Shown here piece after piece: positions 1-8,774 of a stretch of DNA of 22,251 nucleotides (the first letter of the stretch is position 1; every line of letters starts with the position of its first letter). The stretch is from Octopus sinensis (lineage: Eukaryota): contig NW_021836955.1 in NCBI RefSeq assembly GCF_006345805.1, positions 1 to 22,251 of the forward strand, written 5' to 3'. The notes under the pieces were generated by a model. That model was not told the origin of the DNA. It searched no databases and saw nothing but the letters and a program-made list of their open reading frames with translations. The translations under genes and the position numbers were made by a program.

Positions 1-33
1 TATATATATTATATATATATATATATATATATT

Positions 34-205
34 GACTTGTTTCCACACAATTTCCGTCTACTAAATTCACACGCAAGGCATTTGTCGACCCGGGGCTATA
101 GTAGGAAGCAGTTGCCCAAAGTGCTGCGCAGTGAGACTGAATCCGTGAATCCGAAACCATCCATTGCAAAAACGAGCTTCTTAACCACACATGCATGCTT
201 GGGCC
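34..205 (-). mobile_element. SINE family A, diverged 5' half (tRNA head + CORE-like segment), running into (TA)n at the window edge
   Basis: Colinear with the better-preserved copies at 6740-6894 and 12064-12226 (tttccgtcta..aaattcac..aaggc..gctatagtag..ttgcccaa.gtgc..gcagtg.gactgaa). Confidence 0.8.
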
Positions 206-229
206 TAAAAATAAGAAAGCAAAATGCAA

Positions 230-305
230 GACGCCTGCAGGATTGGAACCCTCGACCTCCATGTCACTAAAATGGGCACTCTAAACAACTGAGCAGTTAT
301 GGGGC
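230..305 (-). pseudogene. tRNA-like relic (tRNA-Thr(AGT)-like pseudogene or isolated SINE head)
   Basis: Minus strand reads GCTC-AGTTGTTTA-GAGT (D arm/A box), CCATT-TTAGTGA-CATGG (anticodon arm, AGT at loop centre), AGGTC, GAGGG-TTCCAAT-CCTGC (T arm/B box), then TTTT a few nt downstream. The acceptor stem does not pair and the D-loop GG is lost. Confidence 0.55.
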
Positions 306-1135
306 GGGAATGTGTGGTGGAGTACCACGGAAAATTATCGATTTACCAAAATGAACGATAATGGGAAATGTTTGGAGGACCGCTGATATCAAGGTTTCTC
401 TTGGTGTATTACGATAAGCTAGTTTATATCAGTGATGAAACAAGAAGTTGCTATGTATATGCATTTCCCAAAGACATCAATGACGTTGATGGAATGGTAT
501 CAATTTTTATTTAATACCCATTGTTGTGTGAGTTCGATTCCATGATAATTCATAACTACTCTACTCTCACCGGCTATGTTTTATAGATTTTATAGGGGAT
601 TTATAGAAGGGAACATAGTATTTTCATGGGGACGAGTGTTTCACTTCCCTCGTGTTACCAAACTCTTTTTGTTTAGCTTTAATCAAAGCTGATCAGATAC
701 ATGATCAAAGGGATTCTAGTCATGGCCATAATGTATCTTGGACTAATTTAGCTAATGGGTCCTATTTTTGAAATGATAGATTGTGACTAAGGGACATTTG
801 ACTATTATTTCTAACAGGTCGTTGGTTTAAATGGGTAACAGGGTTGCTTGTGCAAGAAATTCATATTTCATAAATGAAAAGTCGAAGACTTTAGAGTGAC
901 AGTCCTCCCGACTTCGATATGGTTTCAGTGTTTGGCTGAGGTAATTTTATTCCATTATACGCTGACATTCCTCACTGCAGAAGCATGAATCCCACGACAT
1001 CATACTGTTTTTCTCTGTAGCACAAAACGTTTTCACCTTATCTCAAAAGAAAATAAATGTTTTTTGTTTTTTTTTTATGATAATGTACTGAATATGAAGG
1101 TTAGAGCGAGCTTTGCCGTAAAGAGAGATCACTCA

Positions 1136-1345
1136 GTTAACATAAATACTGATTTCAAAGTTTAGCTCAAGTCCAGTAAGTCTGGGGCATGGGTTAAATC
1201 GGTAACATCGACCCCAGTGTTCAACTGATACTTATTTAACGACCCCGTAAGGATGAAAGGTGAAGTCGACCAGAACGCAAGGACGGACGAAATGCTGCTA
1301 AGCATTTTGCCCAGCGTGCTAACGATTCTGCCAGCTCGCCGCCTT
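1136..1345 (-). mobile_element. SINE family B copy, B box deleted
   Basis: Matches the copy at 20836-21069 (catcgaccccagtg..ggatgaaagg..gtcgac..gctaacgattctgccagctcgccgcctt). About 18 nt containing the B box are missing between gtcgac and cagaacg. Confidence 0.9.
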
Positions 1346-1384
1346 CAGTTAACAATATTATAATGTCCTTCTTTTCGAATGTAC

Positions 1385-1651
1385 TGTGTGTGTGTGTGTG
1401 TGTGTGCGTGCGCGTGCTCGTGTGGTGTGTGTGTGGTGGTGTGTGTGCGTGCGCGTGTGCTCGTGTGTGTGTGTGTGTGTGTGCGTGCGTGCGCTCGTGT
1501 GTGTGTGTGTGTGCGTGCGTGCGTGCGCTCGTGTGTGTGTGTTGTGTGTGTGTGTGTGTGCGTGCGTGCGCTCGTGTGTGTGTGTGTATGTGTGTGTGTG
1601 TGTGCGTGCGCGTGCGTGCGCGTGCGTGCGCTCGTGTGTGTGTGTGTGTGT
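1385..1651. repeat. Compound (TG)n/(TGCG)n microsatellite
   Basis: Read directly: alternating purine-pyrimidine tract with recurring cgtgcgtgcgctcg interruptions. Confidence 0.98.
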
Positions 1652-1654
1652 AAT

Positions 1655-1795
1655 TGGTTTTCGCTCAGTTTCCGCCGGCCAAATTTCAATCACAAAATAT
1701 TGACTGAAACAAGGCTTGCTTAAATAATATTTGTACAAAATGCCGCGCTTTCTGATCGAACCCGGAACCCCATGGAAGCGGAACCGGTCCTCTTA
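1655..1795 (-). mobile_element. Old, highly diverged family-A-related SINE 5' half
   Basis: tcagtttccgcc..ccaaattt.aatcacaa..tattg and gatcgaacccggaaccccatgg align loosely with the family A 5' half and its B box. Confidence 0.55.
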
Positions 1796-2247
1796 AGTAT
1801 ATAGACGTAAAGAAACGTACTTGCGTCTAATCGACAGAAATTAATTTTCCTTGGGAATCTTAAATTGTTCATTTGAGAAGTAAAAAGGAAAAAAAAAAAA
1901 GACGATTAAGATCGTTTTGGTCTTCCATAGAGTACGGGTATCAATTGTACCGTTCCTCTTTTAAAAAATGAAGCCAAATTGCCTAACAACGAAGTGAGCA
2001 CGTGATCCGAGCAGGTGAGCCGTATTTGACCGATAGGACACAAAATAGAATGAAACACAAAGGAGGCTTCACGGTAAGAATGATAAAGAAAACCGAAAAG
2101 GAACTGTGAAATATAAATTGAACAAAGGAGACAGGGGCAATTGCAAGAAAACTCGACAAAAACAGTGGCTGATCAACAGATAGACGAACAGACAGGTTGG
2201 TTGGGGTTGTGAAATAGACGGAGGAGATAGATAGACTGTGGGTTATA

Positions 2248-2272
2248 TGTTGTTGTTGTTGTGGTGGTGGTT

Positions 2273-2307
<35 letters not shown>

Positions 2308-2520
2308 TGTAGTAGTAGTTGTTGTTGTAGTAGTAGTAGTTGTTGTTGTTGTTGTAGTTGTAGTAGTAGTAGTAGTAGTAGTTGTAGTAGTAGTAGTAGC
2401 TGTTGTAGTAGTAGTAGTAGTAGTTGTAGTAGTAGTAGTTGTTGTTGTTGTTGTTGTAGTAGTAGTTGTAGTAGTAGTAGTTGTTGATGTTGTAGTAGTA
2501 GTAGTAGTAGTAGTAGTAGT
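2248..2520. repeat. (GTA/GTT)n trinucleotide array 1
   Basis: Read directly; the source of the poly-V, poly-L/Q and poly-T ORFs. Confidence 0.98.
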
Positions 2521-2657
2521 TTTCTTTTTTTAGGTGAAAATTTTAGGGGAAAAAATATATACATTTAAATATAAGAAGAAGGGTGAGACGGATGGATATA
2601 GAAATAGCGGACGACGGACGGAGTGGATAACGAGTTAACACAACGATTAAACAAATA

Positions 2658-2860
2658 GTGCGTGCCTGCGCGCGTGTGTGTGGGGGGGGGGGGGGCTGTG
2701 ATTGTGCGTGTGTGCGTGCGAGCGTACGTACGTGCGTGCGTGTGAGTAAGTGTGTGAATGTGTGTGTGCGTGGCGTGTTTTCTGTCTGTCTGTTTGTCTC
2801 TCTGTCTACATGTCAATGCGTCTGTGTGCATGTCCATATATATGTATATATATTATATAC

Positions 2861-2899
<39 letters not shown>

Positions 2900-2970
2900 T
2901 ATATATATATTTTAATTGCTATTATGTGTATATATATATATAATAGTAATTATATATATTTATTATATTA
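2658..2970. repeat. Mixed (TG/CG)n, G14 run (2682-2695) and (TA)n low-complexity tract
   Basis: Read directly. Confidence 0.9.
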
Positions 2971-3117
2971 ATACATATATAATAATGGTAATAAAAATAT
3001 GTTTTATAATTATAGTGTGGAGAGGGAGGGAGGGAGAGCAGAAAGAGCGTATCGACATAATGATTGGCTAACCAAACCGATAATTTGACGAACAAATTGA
3101 GAGATACAGTAGTGCTG

Positions 3118-3132
3118 GCAGTAGTAGTAGTG

Positions 3133-3203
<71 letters not shown>

Positions 3204-3312
3204 TGTTGTTGTTGTTGTGGTGGTGGTGGTTGTAGTAGTAGTAGTAGTTGTAGTAGTTGTTGTAGTAGTTGTAGTAGTAGTTGTAGTAGTTGTAGTAGTA
3301 GTAGTAGTAGTT

Positions 3313-3343
<31 letters not shown>

Positions 3344-3450
3344 TAGTTGTAGAGGTAGCTGTAGTAGTAGTAGTAGTAGTAGTTGTAGTAGTAGTTGTAG
3401 TAGTAGTTGTAGTAGTAGTTGTAGTAGTAGTAGTAGTAGTAGTAGTAGTT
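3118..3450. repeat. (GTA/GTT)n trinucleotide array 2
   Basis: Read directly. Confidence 0.98.
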
Positions 3451-3600
3451 TTCTTTTTTAGGCGAAAAATATACATTTAAATATATTGCAGGCTGATTGG
3501 CTGAAACTGAGTAGCTGTCATTGTATGTTCGTATGTATGTACACACATGCACGAGCGCGCGCGCACACATACACACATACACATATATATGTATATAAAC

Positions 3601-4592
3601 AGGGTGCGTAAGGTATTTGAGGGCATACCTGTTTTGTGTCATCGCTACAGTTTTTGCTAACTCTGTATAATCTTTGTTTCAGAAAATAATAATGGCAGAT
3701 CCTCAGCTTACCAAAAAAATGAAGAGGCATGCTGTTATTGTGGTTATAAAGGCTGAGCATAGCGATTTAGACATATCTCAATTTTAAAAGGTTGCCAGAT
3801 ATTTCGTCTACAAAAGTTTATAAGGAGCTAGAGACTGAAGATGGAAACGTATCACCAGTATCAAAGCATAAAAAGCATTCTATACGTTCTGAAATCATCA
3901 GAACACTTGAATTTTTTCAGCAAGTTCAACAGACCATTGATTACAATCCCAGAAATCCATGAGGTCAATTGCAAAAGGTCTCCATGTGTCAGAAGGAACA
4001 GTTAGAATGTTGTCCACGAAGACATCAGCTTTAAGTCTTATCATAGGGCTATCAGCAATGAATGACGTGTGATGCTTCTTTACTTCTTTCCAGAAGGCCT
4101 TAGAATTAACTCTGCCGCCTACATTGAGGTCCTGAAAATAATTTTTAAGCCCTGGATAGACAGTGTATGCAATGGAAGGCCATATGTGTTTCAATAAGAC
4201 TCTGCAGTATCACACATGGCTCTATTAACACAGATGTGGATGACTGAAAATTTTCATAATCACATAACCCCTAACATTTGGCCTCCTAAATCCCCAGATC
4301 TCAATCCATCGGACTATTACATGTGGAGCGTTGTTGAAGGAGAGGTCAATGAACACTCCCATAACACCAAAGATTCTTTGAAAACTGCCATAGAGTAATG
4401 TCCAAAATGAACCAGGACCACTTGATTAGAGCATGTTGAAGCTGAAGGTGGCTTTATTGAATAACATTATAGAACAGGTTTATTTTTATCTTCATGGCAT
4501 TTTTTGATAGAAAAAGGTTATCATCTGTTATTATATATCTGTTTTTGTTTTTTAATAAGCATAAATCTGTCCTCAAATATCTTAAGCACCCT
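3601..4592 (+). mobile_element. Tc1/mariner superfamily DNA transposon, DD37D (maT) type, internally deleted and non-autonomous
   Basis: TIRs agggtgcgtaaggtatttgagggca (3601-3625) and tgtcctcaaatatcttaagcaccct (4568-4592) match at 22/25. Both sit in TA-rich flanks and enclose a decayed transposase. Confidence 0.9.
3692..4464 (+). pseudogene. Decayed DD37D transposase
   Basis: Frameshifted pieces: MADPQLTKKMKRHAVIVVIKAEHSD, MRSIAKGLHVSEGTVR..VVHEDI (HTH-like), YVFQ*DSAVSH, WPPKSPDLNPSDYYMW, AEGGFIE*. 37 residues lie between D(4198) and the D of PSDY. The region with the first catalytic D is missing at about 4055-4065. Confidence 0.88.
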
Positions 4593-4602
4593 AAATATAT
4601 AA

Positions 4603-4757
4603 GGCGCAGGCGTGGCTGTGTGATAAGAAGCTTGCTTGCCAACCACATGGTTCTGGGTTCAATTACACTGCGCGGCACCTTGGTCAAGTGTCTTGTACTA
4701 TAGTTTCAGGCCGACCAAAGCCTTCTGAGTGGCTTTGGTAAACGGAAACTGAAAGAA
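4603..4757 (+). mobile_element. SINE family A, 5' half only, ending in (TA)n
   Basis: ggcgcaggcgtggctgtgtga (A box), gggttcaatt (B box), gcaccttggtcaagtgtctt (CORE-like), ggaaactgaaagaa, then (TA)n. No 3' half follows. Confidence 0.9.
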
Positions 4758-4905
4758 TATATATACATATATATATATATATATGTTACAATGTTATTAT
4801 CATTCCGAAAATGCTTGATGCACGTTCGAATTGGGTAACAAGCTACTCCCTGCGTTGTGTCACTGAGAATATATCTCGCTTGTTGACAATGGTGTGTATA
4901 TCTCG

Positions 4906-4939
<34 letters not shown>

Positions 4940-4942
<3 letters not shown>

Positions 4943-5093
4943 CGAAGACAGATGTAGGAAAAACAAACAAGTATATTAGTTTGACGTTCGGGAATTATGA
5001 AAAAGTCTTTTACATTTCGAGCCTACGCTCTTCGACAGAAAGGAATAAGAGCAAATAAACAGAGAGTAAATGAAAAAAACGTGTTGAGTTCAG

Positions 5094-5136
<43 letters not shown>

Positions 5137-5370
5137 GATCTCAAATTTTAATTGATTTGCTTTTCGCAGGAAGGAAAGTTTCTTATTCGAAGACACGTCT
5201 CGCCTTCACCTTCGAAACGTAGAGTAGATGAAACCATGGCGACTGAAGAAGAGTTTTTTTTCTTTGTGTTAATTGTCCTGTACTCTATTTTTTTGGTTGT
5301 TTAAAAAAATGTCTATATTTTCGTTTCTCATTGTGTTCGACGTTTTTTTGATGTCCTGTACTCATATATG
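4940..5370. mobile_element. Probable Penelope-like element terminal (pLTR) relic, split by (TA)n
   Basis: Contains a minimal hammerhead-like motif on - (5007-5042) and a GAAACGTA/CTGAAGA-containing segment on + (5181-5245). The family assignment is inference. Confidence 0.5.
5007..5042 (-). ncRNA. Minimal type-I hammerhead-ribozyme-like motif (Penelope type), probably inactive
   Basis: Minus strand: cttt CTGTCGA A gagc-gtag-gctc GAAA T GTA aaag. Stem I (cttt/aaag) and stem II (gagc/gctc) pair perfectly, and GAAA plus the GUA cleavage triplet are present. A6 of CUGANGA is T and C15.2 is T. Confidence 0.6.
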
Positions 5371-5399
5371 CGTGTATATATACATGTAGAGGTAGTTAC

Positions 5400-5499
5400 G
5401 TACATATATGTATATATATATATGCATATGTTTTTATCTATTAATATATATATATATATATACATACATACATATGTGTATATGTACACACACACATAG

Positions 5500-5550
<51 letters not shown>
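5400..5550. repeat. Compound (TA)n(GATA)n(GA)n microsatellite
   Basis: Read directly. Confidence 0.95.
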
Positions 5551-5553
<3 letters not shown>

Positions 5554-5939
5554 TTGGAAAGCATTGTGAATATGTGCACATACTGTCACATTGAAAACTT
5601 TTGCCGAATTGCGTTCTACGGGGGGAAGCAATTGCATTTTCTACGCGTCTTCGAGCGCACGCTCACACAAGCGCGCGCGCGCACGCACACACACACACAC
5701 ACACACAGATGCACATGTATAATGAAAAAATAAATGACAAAAGAACGGGTATCATGCAATCACATTCATTGGCCTCCGGATTTTCCGCTCTGGCTGTTTC
5801 CAGCTGTAAGCCAATGAATATTATTACATAATTACTTTTCTTTTGTCATTCATTTATTTATCAATATTGTTGGCTCGCCTATTTGAGCGCTCAGATTGCA
5901 TACCTATTAGGTTGAGTCACTCTGAAGAAAACTCCTAGC

Positions 5940-5940
<1 letters not shown>

Positions 5941-5970
<30 letters not shown>

Positions 5971-5986
5971 CCCCCTCTCTCCCTCT

Positions 5987-6056
<70 letters not shown>

Positions 6057-6299
6057 GTAAATATATATGTATATATATATATATAATATGTATTATTATA
6101 CTATATTATATATATATATAATATATATTATATATATATATACAAATTGAGATGGGGTTGTAAAAGCAACCCTCCATGGGATAACATATATCCAATATAC
6201 TGCTAGTGAAGTACCCACAAAGTTAATACATAAATGTTAATGATTACGATGCAATCAATTCATTTACTGTATTAGATGTATTTCTCCATTTTCTTATCT

Positions 6300-6375
<76 letters not shown>

Positions 6376-6382
6376 ATATATC
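5941..6382. repeat. (CT)n and two (TA)n tracts flanking a ~155-bp AT-rich non-simple island (about 6145-6300)
   Basis: Read directly; the island is unclassified. Confidence 0.9.
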
Positions 6383-6490
6383 TACTAGCTTAAAAGCTGC
6401 CCTATCGAGTGGCCTTTTCTGCTAGCTCCTTGAAGGGCTTTTCATTAAGTTTTGGTCCTAACGACACTTCATGTATTGAGTACATACTCA

Positions 6491-6894
6491 TTTACTCTTT
6501 TATTTGTTTCAGTCATTTTACTGCGGCCATGCTGGAGCACCGCCTTTAGTCGAGCAAATCGACCCCAGGACTTATTCTTTGTAAGCCAAGTACTTATCCT
6601 ATCGGTCTCTGTTGCCGAACTTGCTAAGTTACGGGTACGTAAACACACCAGCATCGGTTGTCAAGCGATGTTGGGGGGACAAACACAGACATAGACATAT
6701 ACACACACACATATATATATATACATATATACATATGTACAACGGGCTTCTTTCAGTTTCCGTTTACCAAATCCACTCACAAGGCTTTGGTCGGCCCGAG
6801 GCTTTAGTAGAAGACACTTGCCCATGGTGCCACGCAGTGGAATTGAACCCGGAACCATGTGGTTGGTAAGCCAGCTACTTACCACACAGCCACT
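6491..6894 (-). mobile_element. SINE family A, near full length, with internal microsatellite
   Basis: On -: tRNA head (tggctgtgtgg A box, ggttcaattcc B box), CORE-like accatgggcaagtg, internal (TA)(TG) tract about 6690-6738, 3' module and gtaaaagag-type tail. It resembles Octopus tRNA-derived CORE-type SINEs (from memory). Confidence 0.95.
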
Positions 6895-6991
6895 TGATAT
6901 AATTTGTCGACTTGGAACTCATTGCAAAGCTGCATGATAAACAATATTTTTGTCTTCCCATTCAGAAATCAGTACAATTTTTTTCTGTCTA

Positions 6992-6993
<2 letters not shown>

Positions 6994-7060
<67 letters not shown>

Positions 7061-7450
7061 TGTTGATTGTTTTCAATCATCACCATCACCAGTACCACCA
7101 GCATCGCCACCACAAGTGCCATACACACACACCTTTCAAACTTCTGATACTACCACCATCAATACCTTTGACTTTGCCGCCTTCCTCTCCACCACCATCA
7201 CCACTGTCTTTCACATCGCTTACTCTCACCGTCATCCCTGACCACCACCACCATCATCATCACCGCCCCCTCCGTATCTATCACAACTACAGCTCATACT
7301 ATTACTGTCACTCCACTACCATCACAAAAAGTCTAAATGTGTGCGTTCGTTATTTAGCAAGTTACTTCAGTGTTGAGACCCTCTTTCTCTCACATACCCA
7401 CTTTTTCTCTCTTTCTCTCTTTCTTTCTCTCCTCTTTCTCTCTATCTTCA
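6994..7450. repeat. (CT)n, CAC/CAT-rich and CT-rich low-complexity tracts
   Basis: Read directly. Confidence 0.85.
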
Positions 7451-7597
7451 CCACACCCTCACCGTCTCTATTCCGACTATTACTCTCACTCCTTGTGGGA
7501 AATAGTAGGAGTGTCATTGAATAGTGAGAGATGGAGTTTAACTGTGACACACTGACACACAGGAAATTAGTTTTCGCATTTATTATATTAGACACAC

Positions 7598-7651
<54 letters not shown>

Positions 7652-7661
7652 GCATTCGATA

Positions 7662-8503
7662 TACAAGTGGTTTGAAATAAACAACATGCAGTTTGATGCA
7701 GGAACTTAGACTCCAATGTTTTTACAGGGGATCACACTGTAAGGTAAAAAAGGCTATAAGAGGGATCATGTTGAGTGGGTATAGAGGCAAGTATACGGCT
7801 AAGCAAATTGGGTACATCAGTATTGTCATGGTGATACCTACTCAGAGGCCGACGGTAGAAAGTGTATGGAGAGGAGTGTATGAGCTGTATACAAGTGTAC
7901 GATGGTTCAAACGTTTCCAAGATGGCCGAAAAATGTCGATATTAACGAACGTTCTGGGAGACCCGCAACCAGCAGAACTGAGAAAAACATCGCAGGTGTG
8001 AGTGCAGCTGTGAGGGGAAATCGTTGAATCACCATCCGTGAGTTATCAGAGGATGTGCAGATTAGTTACAGTTCAGTTCAGTCCATCATCGTTGAAGATT
8101 TGGGTATGAGACGTATGTCTGCCAAGTTTGTGCCAAAACTGCTTTCAGCTGACCTAAAAGTCACTCCCGTTTCAGTTGCACAAGATCTCCTTGACTGGAT
8201 CGAGAACGATGAGAACGTTTTGAAAACTTTGCGTAGGTTTCTGAACAGGCATCACCAAGCATTTGACAAAATCTGATGCAGATTCTCAGCTCAATTTTCT
8301 CTGTCATGGTCAATGCGACGATCACACGTTACACACCTTCCTTCCAAGCATTGCTGTAAACAGCGGTAGTGAACTAGAACGTTAAAACTTAGTGCGCTTG
8401 CACAACAGAGTTTGAGGTCAATCTGTGCCAAGCGGCTTTACTCTGAGTGCTTTAGCTTCGTTGCTATATCAACAGTCCGGACACTTATTGATCAAACCAC
8501 ATA
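7662..8503. mobile_element. Mariner-type relic: TIR, 5' UTR and transposase N-terminus on -, the next transposase segment inverted on +, catalytic domain absent
   Basis: Minus 8307-8227: MTEKIELRICIRFCQMLGDACSETYAK. Plus 7857-8227: KVYGEECMSCIQVY/WFKRFQDGRK/NVDINERSGRP..ITIRELSEDVQISYSSVQSIIVEDLGMRRMSAKFVPKLLS (WVPHEL-like). A TIR-like end cacttattgatcaaaccaca-TA lies at 8482-8503, with a weak counterpart gtggtttgaaataa at 7667-7680. Confidence 0.88.
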
Positions 8504-8523
8504 TGTATGTATTTATATATATA

Positions 8524-8567
<44 letters not shown>

Positions 8568-8604
8568 TATATATATATAATTGTCATTTATTGTGTAAAC
8601 CCTA

Positions 8605-8670
8605 CACTTTATGTCTGTCTTTATATTGTCCCCCTCATCCTTCGCCCTGGTAGCAAATAAAGAATTATAA
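8605..8670 (+). mobile_element. 3' tail fragment of the type carried by the family B copy at 20836-21069
   Basis: tgtctgtctttatattgtccccctcatccttcgccctggtagcaaataaagaa aligns with the reverse complement of 20836-20895 (tgtctgtccttgtttgtcccttctatgttttgccccttgtgggcaataaagaa). Confidence 0.65.
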
Positions 8671-8671
8671 G

Positions 8672-8689
8672 ATTATTGTTATTATTATA

Positions 8690-8723
<34 letters not shown>

Positions 8724-8731
8724 TATTCTTA

Positions 8732-8773
<42 letters not shown>
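8672..8773. repeat. (ATT)n / (TAA)n array at the LINE 3' end
   Basis: Read directly. Confidence 0.97.

Positions 8774-8774
<1 letters not shown>

Noticed and set aside
532-540. Isolated B box GTTCGATTC
   Set aside because: No A box or cloverleaf upstream.
2521-2535. tttcttttttag|g after both (GTA)n arrays as splice acceptors
   Set aside because: No convincing exon or donor follows; better explained by the flank duplication.
3061-3502. Two NF-Y-type CCAAT boxes (tgattggct at 3061 and 3494)
   Set aside because: Short motifs with no core promoter or gene nearby, so not supportable.
5922-5940. CTGAAGA as another hammerhead core
   Set aside because: No stem II or GAAAC in the required arrangement.
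7732-7856. HHDN motif on - resembling the mariner second-Asp motif (HHDNA)
   Set aside because: The surrounding residues do not fit and no TGDE or SPDLAP motif is present; treated as chance.
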